From assembly GCF_006345805.1 (NCBI RefSeq), contig NC_042998.1, positions 90,396,001 through 90,460,000 on the forward strand: 64,000 bases of DNA. The letters are read 5' to 3'. Under the pieces are notes generated by a model. That model saw only the letters and a program-made list of their open reading frames with translations, did no database searches and had not been told where the DNA came from. The stretch comes from Octopus sinensis (Eukaryota). The first letter of the stretch is position 1; each line of letters starts with the position of its first letter. Position numbers and translations under genes: made by a program. This document shows positions 9,732 to 22,354 of the stretch, piece by piece.

Positions 9732-12613
9732 GACAACCAGAAGACGACAAATATGGAGAAGAAGGATCTGGAAGCTTAAAGATCCTGCAAATGGACAGAG
9801 ATTTAGGGACATATTACTTGAAGGCTCTGACGAAGTAGAAGGGGATAGAGCATCACAGGGGGTAGAAGACAGCTGGACGTTTCTAAGGGACAACTTGCTG
9901 AGAGCCACTGACCAGATCTGTGGCTGGTGCAAAGTCCCCTCTCGACCTAGAATAACGTGGTGGTGGAACAATATTGTAGACAGGGCTATTAGAGAAAAGA
10001 GACAGGCTTGGAAGGTCTGGAAAAATGGGGGTAGCAGGGAATTGTATCAGACTGCCAAAAGAGAAGCTAGGAGACAGGTTTATTTAGCCAGAGGGGAAGC
10101 AGATAAGAAAAAATTTGCCAATGTTCTGCGCCGTGAGGACCAAAGACTGGAGGTGTTTCGTGTTGCAAGACAGTGTGTGAGAGAGAATCGTGATGTGGTA
10201 GGAGAGAAGTGTGTTCGCATGGAAGATGGTTCACTTGCGCTAAATGAGGATGCAAAGAGAGAGGTTTGGAGATGCCACTATGAAAGGTTGCTGAATGAAG
10301 AAAATGAATGGGATAAAGAGAGTCTGCCGAATGTTGACCCAACAGAGGGACCAGCTATCCGAGTTGATAGTTCCGTGGTAGCTAAGGCAATTAGAAGCAT
10401 GAAGACAGGGAAAGCCCCAGGCCCATCAGGAATCACTGCAGAGATGCTCAAAATGTCTGGTAGTGTCGGCTATAGCCTAGTCACCCGTATAGTTAATCAG
10501 GTGATACACAAAGGGGTCATACCCAATGACTGGTGTAGCAGTATAATAGTCAACTGCTACAAAGGTAAAGGTGATGCCCTAGATACAAATAACTACAGAG
10601 GTATCAAGCTGTTGGATCAGGTGATGAAGGTTACGGAGAGGGTCATAGCCCAACTAATTAGAGAGAGAGTTAGTTTAGATGAGATGCAGTTTGGGTTTGT
10701 GCCAGGGAAAAGTACTACTGATGCTATATTCCTGGTAAGGCAGCTGCAGGAGAAATACCTAGCCAAAGATAAGCCCCTGTACCTGGCTTTTGTTGACATG
10801 GAGAAAGCCTTCGACAGGGTCCCCCGATCCCTTATCTGGTGGGCAATGAGGAAACTAGGGATAGATGAATGGTTAGTGAGAGCTGTGCGGGCCATGTATA
10901 GGGACGCTGCTAGTAGGGTGAGGGTTGGAAATGAGTACAGTGAAGAATTCCGGGTAGAGGTAGGGGTCCACCAAGGCTCAGTACTCAGCCCCCTCCTATT
11001 TATCATAGTCCTCCAGGCAATAACGGAGGAATTCGAGACAGGATGCCCTTGGGAGCTCCTCTATGCTGATGACCTTGCTCTAATTGCTGAGTCGCTATCA
11101 GAACTGGAGGAGAAGTTTCAGGTGTGGAAACAAGGATTAGAATCGAAGGGCCTCAGAGTCAATCTAGCTAAAACCAAAGTCGTAATCAGTAGGAAGGTAG
11201 ACAAATCACAAACACCTTCAGGTAGATGGCCCTGCTCGATCTGTAGAAAAGGTGTAGGTAGAAACTCTATAAGATGCACCAAGTGTAAGCTATGGACACA
11301 TAAGAGATGCAGCAATGTCAAAGGAAGGCTAACTAGGAAGATGGTTTTTGTATGTGGTAGATGCTCAGGAACAATAAACACTGAAAATGCTCTGAGACCA
11401 ACTTCCGTCACTTTCCAGGGAGAAAAACTAGAAATAGTTGATAGTTTCCGTTACCTAGGTGACCAAGTCAGCAGCGGGGGCGGGTGTGCCGAAAGTGTAA
11501 CTGCTAGAGTAAGAATAGCTTGGGCAAAGTTCAGAGAGCTCTTACCTCTGCTGGTGACAAAAGGCCTCTCGCACAGAGTGAAAGGCAGACTGTATGATGC
11601 GTGTGTACGAACAGCCATGCTACATGGCCGTGACTGCTGAGGATATGCGTAAGCTCGCTAGAAATGAAGCCAGTATGCTCCGATGGATGTGTAATGCCGG
11701 TACTCACACTCGGCAGAGTGTAAGTACCTTGAGAGAAAAGCTGGACCTAAGAAGCATCAGTTGTGGTGTGCAAGAGAGACGTTTGCGCTGATATGGTCAT
11801 GTGGCGAGAATGGATGAAAATAGTTGTGTGAAAAAGTGCCACACCCTAGCGGTTGAGGGAACCTGTGGAAGAGGCAGACCCAGGAAAACCTGGGACGAGG
11901 TGGTGAAGCACGACCTTCGAACTTTAGGTCTCACTGAGGAAATGACTAGAGACCGAGACCTCTGGAAGTGTGCTGTGCGCGAGAAGACCCGGCAGGACAA
12001 GTGAGTCCATAACCCGTGGCCTTCTACATGGGATGGAGCCAGCCTACGTATGCATACCTTCCCTTCTTGGGACACAAAACTCTACTTGTGAAGACGTGTT
12101 GAGGCAAGTGAGGATCAGAATCGAAATCGATTAATGGAAATTGCGGATGTGTTACCAGTGCCGGTGGCATGTCGAAACTCTACTTGTGAAGACCCTTGAG
12201 GCAAGTGAGGATCAGAATCGAAATCGATCAATGGAAATCGATCAATGGAAATTGCAGATGTGTTACCAGTGCCGGTGGCATGTAAGAGAACTTTCCGTTT
12301 CGCGACCGTTGCCAGCACCGCCCCGTTTCGTGTCCGTTGCCAGCCTCGCCTGGCCCTCGTGCCGGTGGCACATAAAAAGCACCATCCGTTCGTGGCCGTT
12401 TGCCAGCTCTGTCTGGCACCAGTGCGGGTGGCACGTAAAAAGCACCCACTACACTCACGGAGTGGTTGGCGTTAGGAAGGGCATCCAGCCGTAGAAACAC
12501 TGCCAGATTTGACTGGGCCTGATGAAGCCTTCTGGCTTCACAGACCCCAGTAGAACCGTCCAACCCATGCTAGCATGGAAAGCGGACGCTAAACGATGAT
12601 GATGATGATGATG
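9732..12613 (+). mobile_element. RTE-clade non-LTR retrotransposon, 5'-truncated (no endonuclease domain), with 3' UTR and (GAT)n tail
   Basis: RT motifs KAPGPSG, YKGKGD..NYRGIKL, QFGF..GKSTTDAIF, FVDMEKAFDRV, GVHQGSVLSPLLF, YADD (11062-11073), FRYLG. RTE-type C-terminus GR.RKTW. Tail 12595-12613. TSD-like (ATT)nATC(ATT)nGAG on both sides. Confidence 0.93.
9733..12004 (+). pseudogene. RTE ORF2 remnant (RT, PHD-type finger, C-terminus) with two lesions
   Basis: Open to 11640. A frameshifting deletion of ~14 nt at 11628 is inferred by comparison with the 46900-46980 copy (H-S-S-E-I-W-V-V-T). W changed to TGA at 11789-11791. Natural stop at 12002-12004. Confidence 0.88.
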
Positions 12614-12655
12614 ATTATTATTATTATTATTATTATTATTATCATTATTATTATT

Positions 12656-13211
12656 GAGTGAGAGAGCAATGCATGCCATCAAAGTGACATTGGGGTAAAA
12701 TATACAAAGACCAGTATACCCATCATGACTACTCATCTGATAAGGGTACACCTGGCACATGCATCACAACGGGTACACCAGGCACATGCATCACAACCAT
12801 ATGTGTGTGATATGGTGATCTCATATCAAGATAAACTGAGCATGACCTCGCAGGTGGGGACAAGTTAGAATTTTCTTCAGGTTAAGTAGCCTAACCCACT
12901 CAAAAGGTCCCTGAATAAGAATTGTTTAAGAATGTTGAATGAAGCACCCATGTTTCCAAAGGAGAATTATCCAAACCCCAAAGAATTCCTCTCGACACAC
13001 AGCAATGATCAGAGACGCACATATCGTCAGTTACTAAGGGACATGCTCAACTGGTTAAGGTTAAACAACTAACAAGCAAATCTGTAGTATTGAGCAGAAT
13101 ATTTACTGTAGCCCATCTTTTATAGCAAGACAAATCAATGTACAAGGTAACACTTCCAATCAGTTATGATCAGAAGCCAGGAGAGCCAGTGCCTGGTACT
13201 GCATCAGGGCA
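12656..13211 (-). mobile_element. Retroposon family B with internal 27-bp duplication
   Basis: gggtacacc(t/a)ggcacatgcatcacaac occurs twice at about 12744-12797. Same termini as the other copies. Confidence 0.85.
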
Positions 13212-13213
13212 TA

Positions 13214-13520
<307 letters not shown>

Positions 13521-15354
13521 ATTAAAAAGGTGATGGAACAGCAGAATCATGAGAGCTCTGGTCAAAATGCCTTATGGTAAGATGAAAGGTGAAGTTGACC
13601 TTGGTTTGATTTGAATTCTAAATGTAATGGCTACAGCTAAATACTACAAGGCATTTTCTCTGGTGCTGTAACAATTCTATTATCATCATCATCATCATCA
13701 CCATCATTTAATGTCCACTTTCCTTGCTGGCATGAAAAATAAAAATGAAAATTTTTAAAAAATAAATAATAGCTTTTAAGACCCAAAACTTTTCATTCAC
13801 TAATAGAATTCAGCAATCTTACAGAGTTTTAAGAAGACAAGCAATTTCAGTCAGTTTGAATTTTAGATTTTTTAGTGCTGTGTTTTGTTACATATTCTCA
13901 TTCCTCTCCCAAATTTCATTTCTACCAATTTTGGTAAATCCTTGACTGGCTTCTCACTTAAAATAGCTTTTAACAATGTCTTTGCTCTCTCATCTTATGT
14001 TTTTTGTCATCAATTACAATTCATTCCACTTTATTCAACTCTAAGTGTCACTATGTCATCATAGTGGGAACAAACCTGATTGAAAATAAAAGACAGCAAA
14101 AAGCAGAGATCAAACATCAAAGACACAAAATGGCACTTCCTCAACCAAACTCTCCTCTGCAATAAATGCCCCTGGCTCTTCTATATTGCCCTTGGCACTG
14201 GTTCCCTACACACATCAAGATGAAGAAGCTCAATCACTGACTACTTATCTACTACTTAGATACAAGTTGATACTGCTGCCAACAATTCAAATCACACAAG
14301 GTATCATCCAAATTTTCATCAGCCCTCCTGTCTTCAACCACCCTCAATTCATTTGTTAATTTCTTCATTTCAAGGCCACATGAATACTGTTTAGCAAAAA
14401 TAACTTATTTAGTTATTTTTGCTATTTGTAATGAATCCCTGAATTATCTGCACATGTTTCTGTGGAGGATCTCTAGCTAAGTGGGGCACCTTTGCAATTT
14501 CCATGTACAAGATTTGCTCATACATTTTCAATTCCCTAATTTTACAATTACCAATCCATCAGAGCTGTGCTTTGATTAGCCCAAGTTAAAAACCAATATC
14601 CACTGAACAAGGAAGCTGCTGTTACCAACACCATGGCTATGAAATGTTACAACTGGTACATAGAGAGGCCATATGAAAACTTTAGTTGATAAAATAAGGT
14701 CCAGAATAAATAGGATTCTATCAATCAACTGTTTCCACTTTCCCTTTTACTTTAGAAAGCAAGCCATAGAGAATACAAGCTTTTACACTATATTTACAAC
14801 CTTTGTCTAGAACTCGGTATATGAGTCTAGGTCTTTATTATTTGCTATATTATGTTATGAATAATGAATAAAATTGCCAGTATAAGTCATAAAAAAATCC
14901 TCTATTGGAATGGTATCACTAATTGATTGAAACAGCAGTAGACTAAATGTAGGATTCTTTCACTAATTAACTTCAAGTTCAAATGGATTAGAGGATTTGA
15001 GATATGTCAAGCAGCTTCTATTAGAATCAAGGATTGCAAAAAAAAAATTGAAATTTTGAACTGGTTTGACTTGTTTTTGTTTTTTTTGTGGTGGTGGAGA
15101 ACTTAGTTGGGATGATACAATAGAAGTATGCATACCAAAAAATATAAATGGGAACACATGCTAAAGACTTTTGACCCAAAGCCATTTAAATCACATGTTG
15201 AGTGATCATTTATGAGAGAATAATGAAGACTTTGAACCAAATGAGCAAAAAAATGCATGAAGTAGAAGCAGAGGTGTTAACGATGTGGGGTAGGAGGTAA
15301 ATAGTTGTGATACAGAGAAGTTAACAGTACTGAAGGCAGCAGTAGTATACTGGT

Positions 15355-15560
15355 ACTACTGCTGCTGATAATGATAGTAGGAAGGGCAGTGGTAGTGGTG
15401 GTGGTGGTGGTAATGGAAGTTGCAGCAGCAGTGGTGATGATAGTGGTGATGATGATGATTGTGATGATGGTGATTATAGTAGTGATGGTGGTGACAGTTG
15501 CTGGGAGTGGTACTGTTTGTCAGTGGTTGCTGACAACAGCAGCAAGGCAATGGCGGTGGC
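15355..15560. repeat. Low-complexity GGT/GAT/GCA trinucleotide mosaic
   Basis: Read directly; it produces poly-His and poly-Val ORF artefacts. Confidence 0.8.
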
Positions 15561-15919
15561 TTGCTTCTCTGCAAAAATGCTTGCCACTCAGTAACAGAAA
15601 GCTACTATTATTTTGCTAGCCATACTATACTACTACCAACTGTGAAACAAAACAACAACAGCTATTTAGTATCAGTTACTTCTTCAAACTACAACTATAT
15701 CCTTCAAACTAATAAACTATTAGAGACTAATTATAGTTACTGGTACTGGATGGAAAAATGAAATAATTGAATGAATAGACTTGTATAACCTCCTGACAGC
15801 TATAAAAATACATCCAGTAAATATAAGTGTGTGTGTACATAATTATTATTAATATATAAGATATGCAGACACACAAACATATGCACATCTACATACACAA
15901 TATGCATGTGTATGTATAC

Positions 15920-15920
15920 A

Positions 15921-15986
<66 letters not shown>
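15920..15986. repeat. (GT)n microsatellite
   Basis: Read directly from sequence. Confidence 0.95.
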
Positions 15987-15988
<2 letters not shown>

Positions 15989-16139
15989 TGTTAGGTATGA
16001 TGTACAGAAATTGAATATTAAGAAAAAAAGTCGTCAGAATATTAAGTTCGAGAAAGGAACGAAAGCACTAATAATAATGAAGAAATAAAAATAAGTCTTT
16101 TTTTCCAAAATTCTGACGACTTTTTTTCCTCAATATATT

Positions 16140-16212
16140 TATATATATGCATGTGTGTGTGTATGCACCATATATATATATATATATATATATATGCATG
16201 TGTGTATACACC

Positions 16213-16257
<45 letters not shown>

Positions 16258-16706
16258 TGTGTGTATGCACCATATATATATATGTATATATCCTTTTACT
16301 TGTTTCAGTCATTTGACTACGCCCATGCTGGAGCACTGCCTTTGGTCAAACAAATCAACCCCAGGACTTATTATATATGCACCATATATATATGTATATA
16401 TCCTTTTACTTGTTTCAGTCATTTGACTACGCCCATGCTGGAGCACTGCCTTTGGTCAAACAAATCAACCCCAGGACTTATTATATATGCACCATATATA
16501 TATATGTATGTATATATCCTTTTACTTGTTTCAGTCATTTGACTATGCCCTTGCTGGAGCACTGCCTTTGGTCAAACAAATCAACCCCAGGACTTATTCT
16601 TTGTAAGCCCAGTACTTATTCTATGGGTCTCTTTTGCCGAACCGCAAGGTTACGAGGACGTAAACACACCAATATCTGTTGTCAAGCGATGATGGGGTGG
16701 GGGACA
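16140..16706 (-). mobile_element. SINE family C 3' half with triplicated tail and (TA)n blocks
   Basis: tccttttacttgtttcagtcatttgact starts at 16291, 16401 and 16517. Only the third copy continues into the SINE body. Confidence 0.85.
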
Positions 16707-17007
16707 AATATATATATACTTTATTAAACTGTCTGACAAACAGGAGCACGAAACTGTGAGTAACTGTTTTTGTGATATTTTTGCTGCTTTTTAATAAAGC
16801 ATATTACTCTACCTCTGGTATTCAAGTACAATTTTTTCCCCCTTGTTTCACATTTATGTGCTTACTCTGGTGCATATATATTTATATATATATATATATG
16901 CACCATCTGACCACTGTATACAATAAACTCAGCTATGTCATCATCATCATCATTATTGTAACTATTATAAAGAACCTTAAACTAACATACACACATACAT
17001 GTGTATG

Positions 17008-17050
<43 letters not shown>

Positions 17051-17639
17051 GTGTGTGTGTATGAAGGCGTGTAACCTAGTGGGTTTGATTCTTGGACCAG
17101 GCAACTTTGGGCGTCTTTTTGCCAAGGGCCTTTACTTCACACACTTCCAATCTACATAGCTAAAAATAGATACTAGCCAATTGCTGGTGCAGCCCTCTTT
17201 CCCTCCAATCATCAACTCCTTCTTGATATGCCTCTTTGTCAATAAGAGTGGGAGGCCCAGCAGGATGTCTATATCTGCTTTTGACTACACAGCTACCTAA
17301 AACAATTAACAAAAGCGTAGTGGTGAGCTAACAGGTCATGCTCATTTGCAAGTAACAGCTACACTTCAAATGTATAAATGGGCAGAAAAGCACAAACAAG
17401 CAGCTAAGTGAGAATAAATTTTAATTATTGTAGTTCACTTGAAGCATTGTGTATTGTTTGTAAAAAATAAAAAGTTTTGAATGATACAACAATGCACTAT
17501 AATACAGACAATGGGCTACATACCTGTTGATATGAATTTAGTCATCCATAGTCTGAATAATATTCCTTCTTCAGATATTCTTAGACAGAGTCACTGCTAT
17601 AATCAGTTTTCTAACAGCAAAGAGGCTGCACTTAAGCTA

Positions 17640-17880
17640 CCATACACTCGGGCAAAACCTCATGGCATCAAACACTGCTAAGGACCTTGGAGTAACTGTT
17701 GACCAATAATGTAAGCTAGAGTGCCCACATAAAAATGGAAGTTAACATGGCCCACAGGGCATGGTCCTGGATCCTCAAGACTTTCTGTCCTAGAGACATG
17801 CCTACCATTATCCTTCTCTACCCTGCTTTCACCCAGCCTCACCTTAAATGCTACTGTCTGCTGTGATCTCTCTACACTAA
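17640..17880 (+). mobile_element. Degenerate CR1/L2-group LINE RT fragment
   Basis: Frameshifted translation KDLGVTVD...SAHIKMEVNMAHRAWSWILKTFCPRD...PHL, typical of CR1 ORF2 after the RT core. Confidence 0.65.
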
Positions 17881-18115
17881 ATAAACTGTTATAAAAATTG
17901 AAGCATCCCAGAGATTAATCAATAAAAAATAGACATGACATGTCTTCATGATTAGGATTGGCTCAAGATGCTCAAATTTTATTCCCTCCAACACCAGAAA
18001 ATATTCCATCAACAGTGCCCAAGTGATGTTGGCATCAATATTATTATTCATCCAAGATTTGGTTCCTGTGCCATCTGCCCTCCACAAAACTCATGCTTGT
18101 ATTACCTCACAACAA

Positions 18116-18463
18116 TAAGACAGAACTATTTCACCTCAACTGGCCTTGTTCTCTTTAACATCATGAAAGACAAGTAAGAGAAGAAAAAGATGCCATAACA
18201 TTCAAATAGTTCTTGGATAAATATATGTATGTATATATGTATATGTAAACATGTATCATCATCATCATCATCAACATTATCACCATTTGGCATCTATTAA
18301 ATGATAATGATGATGATGTATGTATACATGTCTACATATACATACATACATTATATTCATCCAGGAATTATTTGAATGTTATGCAATACTTTTTCTTCTC
18401 TAATGTGTTTTGGCATGATGTTAAAGAGAGTAGGGCTAGTTGAGGTGAAATAGTTCTCTCTTA
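18116..18463. repeat. Long diverged inverted repeat (arms ~165 bp, 19-nt spacer)
   Basis: taagacagaactatttcacctcaact...cattatca / tgataatg...agttgaggtgaaatagttctctctta. Confidence 0.85.
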
Positions 18464-18494
18464 CACACACACACACACATATCATTGTATATCT

Positions 18495-18563
18495 ATGTAT
18501 ATATGCTTATGTGATATATATATATATCTGTATGTATGTATGTATGTATGTATGTATGTATGC

Positions 18564-18595
<32 letters not shown>

Positions 18596-18632
18596 GTATA
18601 TATATATATATATGTATATATATGTATATATA

Positions 18633-18692
<60 letters not shown>
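18495..18692. repeat. (TA)n/(TATG)n microsatellite
   Basis: Read directly from sequence. Confidence 0.95.
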
Positions 18693-18698
<6 letters not shown>

Positions 18699-18877
18699 AG
18701 AATTTACAAAAAAGGAAAAGATGAAAACAAGTGTGTAAACAACAAACAGATGTATTAGCTTAACACTAAGGAAGTGAGAAAGTCTTTTCCGTTTCAAGCC
18801 TACGCTCTTTGACAGAAAGGAACACAGAAATAAACAGGGAGAGAAAATAGGAAAAGGTATAGTGGCTAGCGATCATG
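18693..18877 (-). mobile_element. Penelope-like-derived repeat with decayed minimal hammerhead motif (18784-18819)
   Basis: Reverse complement of 57740-57935. Motif CTTT-CTGTCAA-A-GAGC-GTAG-GCTT-GAAAC-GG-A-AAAG. Confidence 0.6.
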
Positions 18878-18880
18878 GTG

Positions 18881-19044
18881 AGGCACAGGAGTGGCTGTGT
18901 GGTAAGAAGCTTGCTTACCAACCGCATGGTTCCTGGTTCAGTCCCAGTGCGTAACACCTTGGGCAAGTGTCTTCTACTATAGCTTCAAGCTGACCAAAGC
19001 CTTGTGAGTGGATTTGGTAGGAAACTGAAAGAAATCCCTCATGT

Positions 19045-19045
<1 letters not shown>
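18881..19045 (+). mobile_element. SINE family C head (tRNA-derived, CORE-like segment)
   Basis: A-box TGGCTGTGTGG, B-box GGTTCAGTCCC, CACCTTGGGCAAGTGTCTTC resembles CORE/V-SINE central motifs. Confidence 0.85.
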
Positions 19046-19077
<32 letters not shown>

Positions 19078-19078
19078 C

Positions 19079-19313
19079 ATCATCATCATCGTTTAACGTC
19101 CGTTTTCCATACTGGCATGGGTTGGATGGTTTGACTGGGGTCTGGCAAGCCAGGAGGCTGCACCAGTCTCCAGTCTGATTTGCCAATGTTTTTACAGGTC
19201 GATGCCCTTCTTAACGCCAACCACTCCAAGAGTGTAGCGGGTGCTTTGTATGTGCCACCGGAACAGGAGCCAGTCGGGGCGAGGGGGCTGGCATCGACCA
19301 TGTTCAGATGGTG
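19079..19313 (-). mobile_element. RTE 3' UTR fragment
   Basis: catcatcgtttaacgtccg..., reverse complement of the RTE tail. Confidence 0.85.
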
Positions 19314-19347
19314 CTTACCACACAGCCACTCCTGTGCCTATATATAT

Positions 19348-20175
19348 ATGATGCAAGAGAGATGACTGCGCTGGTATGGTCATGTGGTAAGAATGGATGA
19401 GGATAGCTGTGTGAAAAAGTGCCACACCCTAGTGGTTGAGGGAACCTGTGGAAGAGGTAGATCCTGGGATGAGGTGGTGAAGCAAGACCTTCGAACATTA
19501 GGCCTCAACGAGGCAATGACTAGTGACCAAGACCTTTGGAAATATGCTGTGCTTGAGAAGACCTGGCAAGCCAAGTGAGACCATAACCTCGTGGCCTATG
19601 CCAGGGGTGTAACCAGCCCACTTATGCATACCTTTCCTTCATTGGACACTAAACTCTGCTTGTGAAGACCTGTTGAAGCAAGTGAAATCGAAATCAAATT
19701 CGATGACTGATACCGGTGCTTGTGGAGCGCTAAGAGCACCATCTGAGCGTGATCGTTGCCAGAGCAGCTAATTGGCTTCTGTGCCGGTGGCATGTAAAAA
19801 GCATCTTTCAAGCGTGATCATTACCAGCATTGCCTTACTGGCACTTGTGCTGGTGGCACAGGAAAAAACATTCGAGCAAAGTCATTGTCAGTGCCACTGG
19901 ACTGTCTCCTGTGCAAGTGGCACATAAAAAACACCATTTGAGCGTGGCCGTTGCCATTACCGCCTGACTGGTCCTTGTGCCGGTGGTACGTAGAAGCACC
20001 CACTGCACTCTCGGAGTGGTTGGTGTTAGGAAGGGCATCCAGTTGTAGAAACTCTGCCAGATCAGACTGGAGCCTGGTGCAGCCATCTGGTTCACCAGTC
20101 TTCAGTCAAATCATCCAACCCATGCTAGCATGGAATGCAGATGTTAAACGACGATGATGATGATGATGATGATGA
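19348..20175 (+). mobile_element. RTE 3' end (ORF C-terminus, UTR, (GAT)n)
   Basis: RMDEDSCVKKCHTLVVEGTCGRGRSWDEVVKQDLRTLGL is homologous to 11801-12004. Confidence 0.9.
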
Positions 20176-20519
20176 TATATATGCATATATATATATATAC
20201 ATGCATATATTTACGTGTGTGTGTGTGTATGTGTGTATCGAAGAATATGTTGTCATGAAACACGTGTAGTCTATATAATGTAAAGTATATGATTTAGAAT
20301 AAGAATTGAAGGTATTAATTTTGATAATTTAATATTTACTCCTATATGTACCTATCGTGGATAATGTCGTTCAATGATGATTGAGTTGCTTGAGGGGGAT
20401 TCTGTCTCTTAAACCTATCTATATATATGTATATAATACAGTGAGTAATTCATTTTAGTACCACTAAATTGAACTTCTCTCCCCTGTGGACTCGGAAATA
20501 ACTTCCCTAATTTTAATAT

Positions 20520-20880
20520 TAATTATATATATATATATATATATGAATGTATGTATGATGTCTGTATGTATGTATGTATGTATGTATGTATGTATGTATG
20601 TATGCATGTATGTATGTATGTATGTATGTATGTATGTATGTATGTATGTATGTATGTATGTATGCATTTGTGTCTGTGTTTGTTCCCCCACCATCACTTG
20701 ACAACCGATGTCAGTGTGTTTATATTTCCGTAACTTAGCAGTTCAGCAAAAGAGATTGATAGAATAAGTACTAGGCTTACAAAGAATAAGTTCGGGGGTT
20801 GATTTGTTCGACTAAAGTCGGTGCTCCAGCATGGCCACAGTGAAATGACTGAAACAAATAAAAGAAAAAAGAATAAAAGA
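20520..20880 (+). mobile_element. (TATG)n block plus SINE family C 3' half
   Basis: tgtttgttccccca...gaataagtactaggcttacaaagaataag...actgaaacaaataaaag. Confidence 0.85.
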
Positions 20881-20884
20881 ATAT

Positions 20885-20918
<34 letters not shown>

Positions 20919-20953
20919 GTTATGTATGTATGTATGTAAATATACACAATGGG

Positions 20954-21106
20954 CTTCGTTCAGTTTCCACCTACCAAATCTACTTACAAGGCTTTGGTCG
21001 GCCCAAAGTTATAATAGAAAAGACCTGCCCAAGTTGACATGCAGTAGGACTGAACCCAGAACCATGTGGTTGGAAAGCAATCTTCTGACCATACAGCCAT
21101 GCATGC
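20954..21106 (-). mobile_element. SINE family C head
   Basis: Reverse complement of the tRNA-like head (ggactgaacccagaaccatgtgg). Confidence 0.8.
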
Positions 21107-22059
21107 TTATGTCTTCTTGTCTTTAATTCATATGTTAGTTGTAAATGAGTGTCACTGCCATACAAATGGTGTCATTCATTTCTAATTTTCTATGAAAATA
21201 TTTCTGGCCATCAGGAAATATTACTTTGCTTGGAAACAGGTGAAGATTGACAAGTAGAAAATCTGCCTCAACCAATTCTGTGTGACCCGCGCAAGCATGG
21301 AAAATTGGACAGTAAAATTATGATAATGATGATACACACACACACACACACACATGTACCAACAAACACATATTCTTTTCTTCAAATGTTTAGAATTCAA
21401 AATATCTTGCAGTGTTTGAGAGAGTATTTAGTATTTGAATATTTTTTTCTTTTCAGAACATAAAATTTTCATTGTTACTTTCATAAAAAAAGTCAGTTCT
21501 AATATATTTACTGAAATCTTAGTAAAATACTTGACAAGCTACCTTAAGCTTTTTCATTTTTTTTTTTTTTTGCCCTTTGAAATAAGAAAAACCTGAGAAT
21601 ATGGACAATGTTGTTTTCATGGAAGCCATATTGACATACTAGAAAATTGCTGTGTGCACTAATATGCTACTGTTTTATTATTCTGAGAATATTAGCAGAA
21701 AAACACATTGGAACAAATGTCTACTTTAGCTTTGCCTTAATGAATAATACCTTTCAATTCTGTAACCAAAAAAATGGCTAATTCTCCAGTCAGCCAACTG
21801 AATCACTTATGTGGCAATATTCATCAAGTGATTTCATTTGTACTATATTATTCATCTTATTTTTCCCAAAATGAACTTATGCCAAGGTTAGCACAGAGTT
21901 AAAACTACTTCTGTTACTTTTCAACTTCTCTTAGGAAGGTAAAATATTATTCCACACAGTCTCTTATTCCTTTCCACCTCTACCATGTCATCTCAAAACT
22001 ACATTTCTATGTTTAAAAAGAAAATGTTATTTTGAAATTAAATATTTCTGTAAATATTA

Positions 22060-22330
22060 GATGCAGGCTGTGGTTAAAAAATTTGCTTTCGAACTCCATG
22101 GCTTCAGGTTCAGTCCCCCTGCATGGAACCTTGGGCAAGTGCCTTCTGCTATAATCTGGACCAACCAAAGCCGTGTGAGTGGATTTGATAGACATAACAA
22201 AGTCCATCATATGTATGTATGTATGTATGTATGTAAGTAAGGACAGATGGATGGATAGATGTGACTGTGTTTGTGTGCATGAGTGCATTTGTGCGTCATT
22301 GTCTTGACATTGCATGATAGCTATGAACAA
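22060..22330 (+). mobile_element. SINE family C variant
   Basis: ggctgtggttaaaaa...ggttcagtcccc...ccttgggcaagtg. Confidence 0.75.
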
Positions 22331-22354
22331 ATGTCATCATCATACAGGCATTTA

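Noticed and set aside
12519-12525. CTGATGA in the RTE 3' UTR as a hammerhead core
   Set aside because: No GAAA follows the stem, and other copies read CTGGTGC. It is a plain hairpin.
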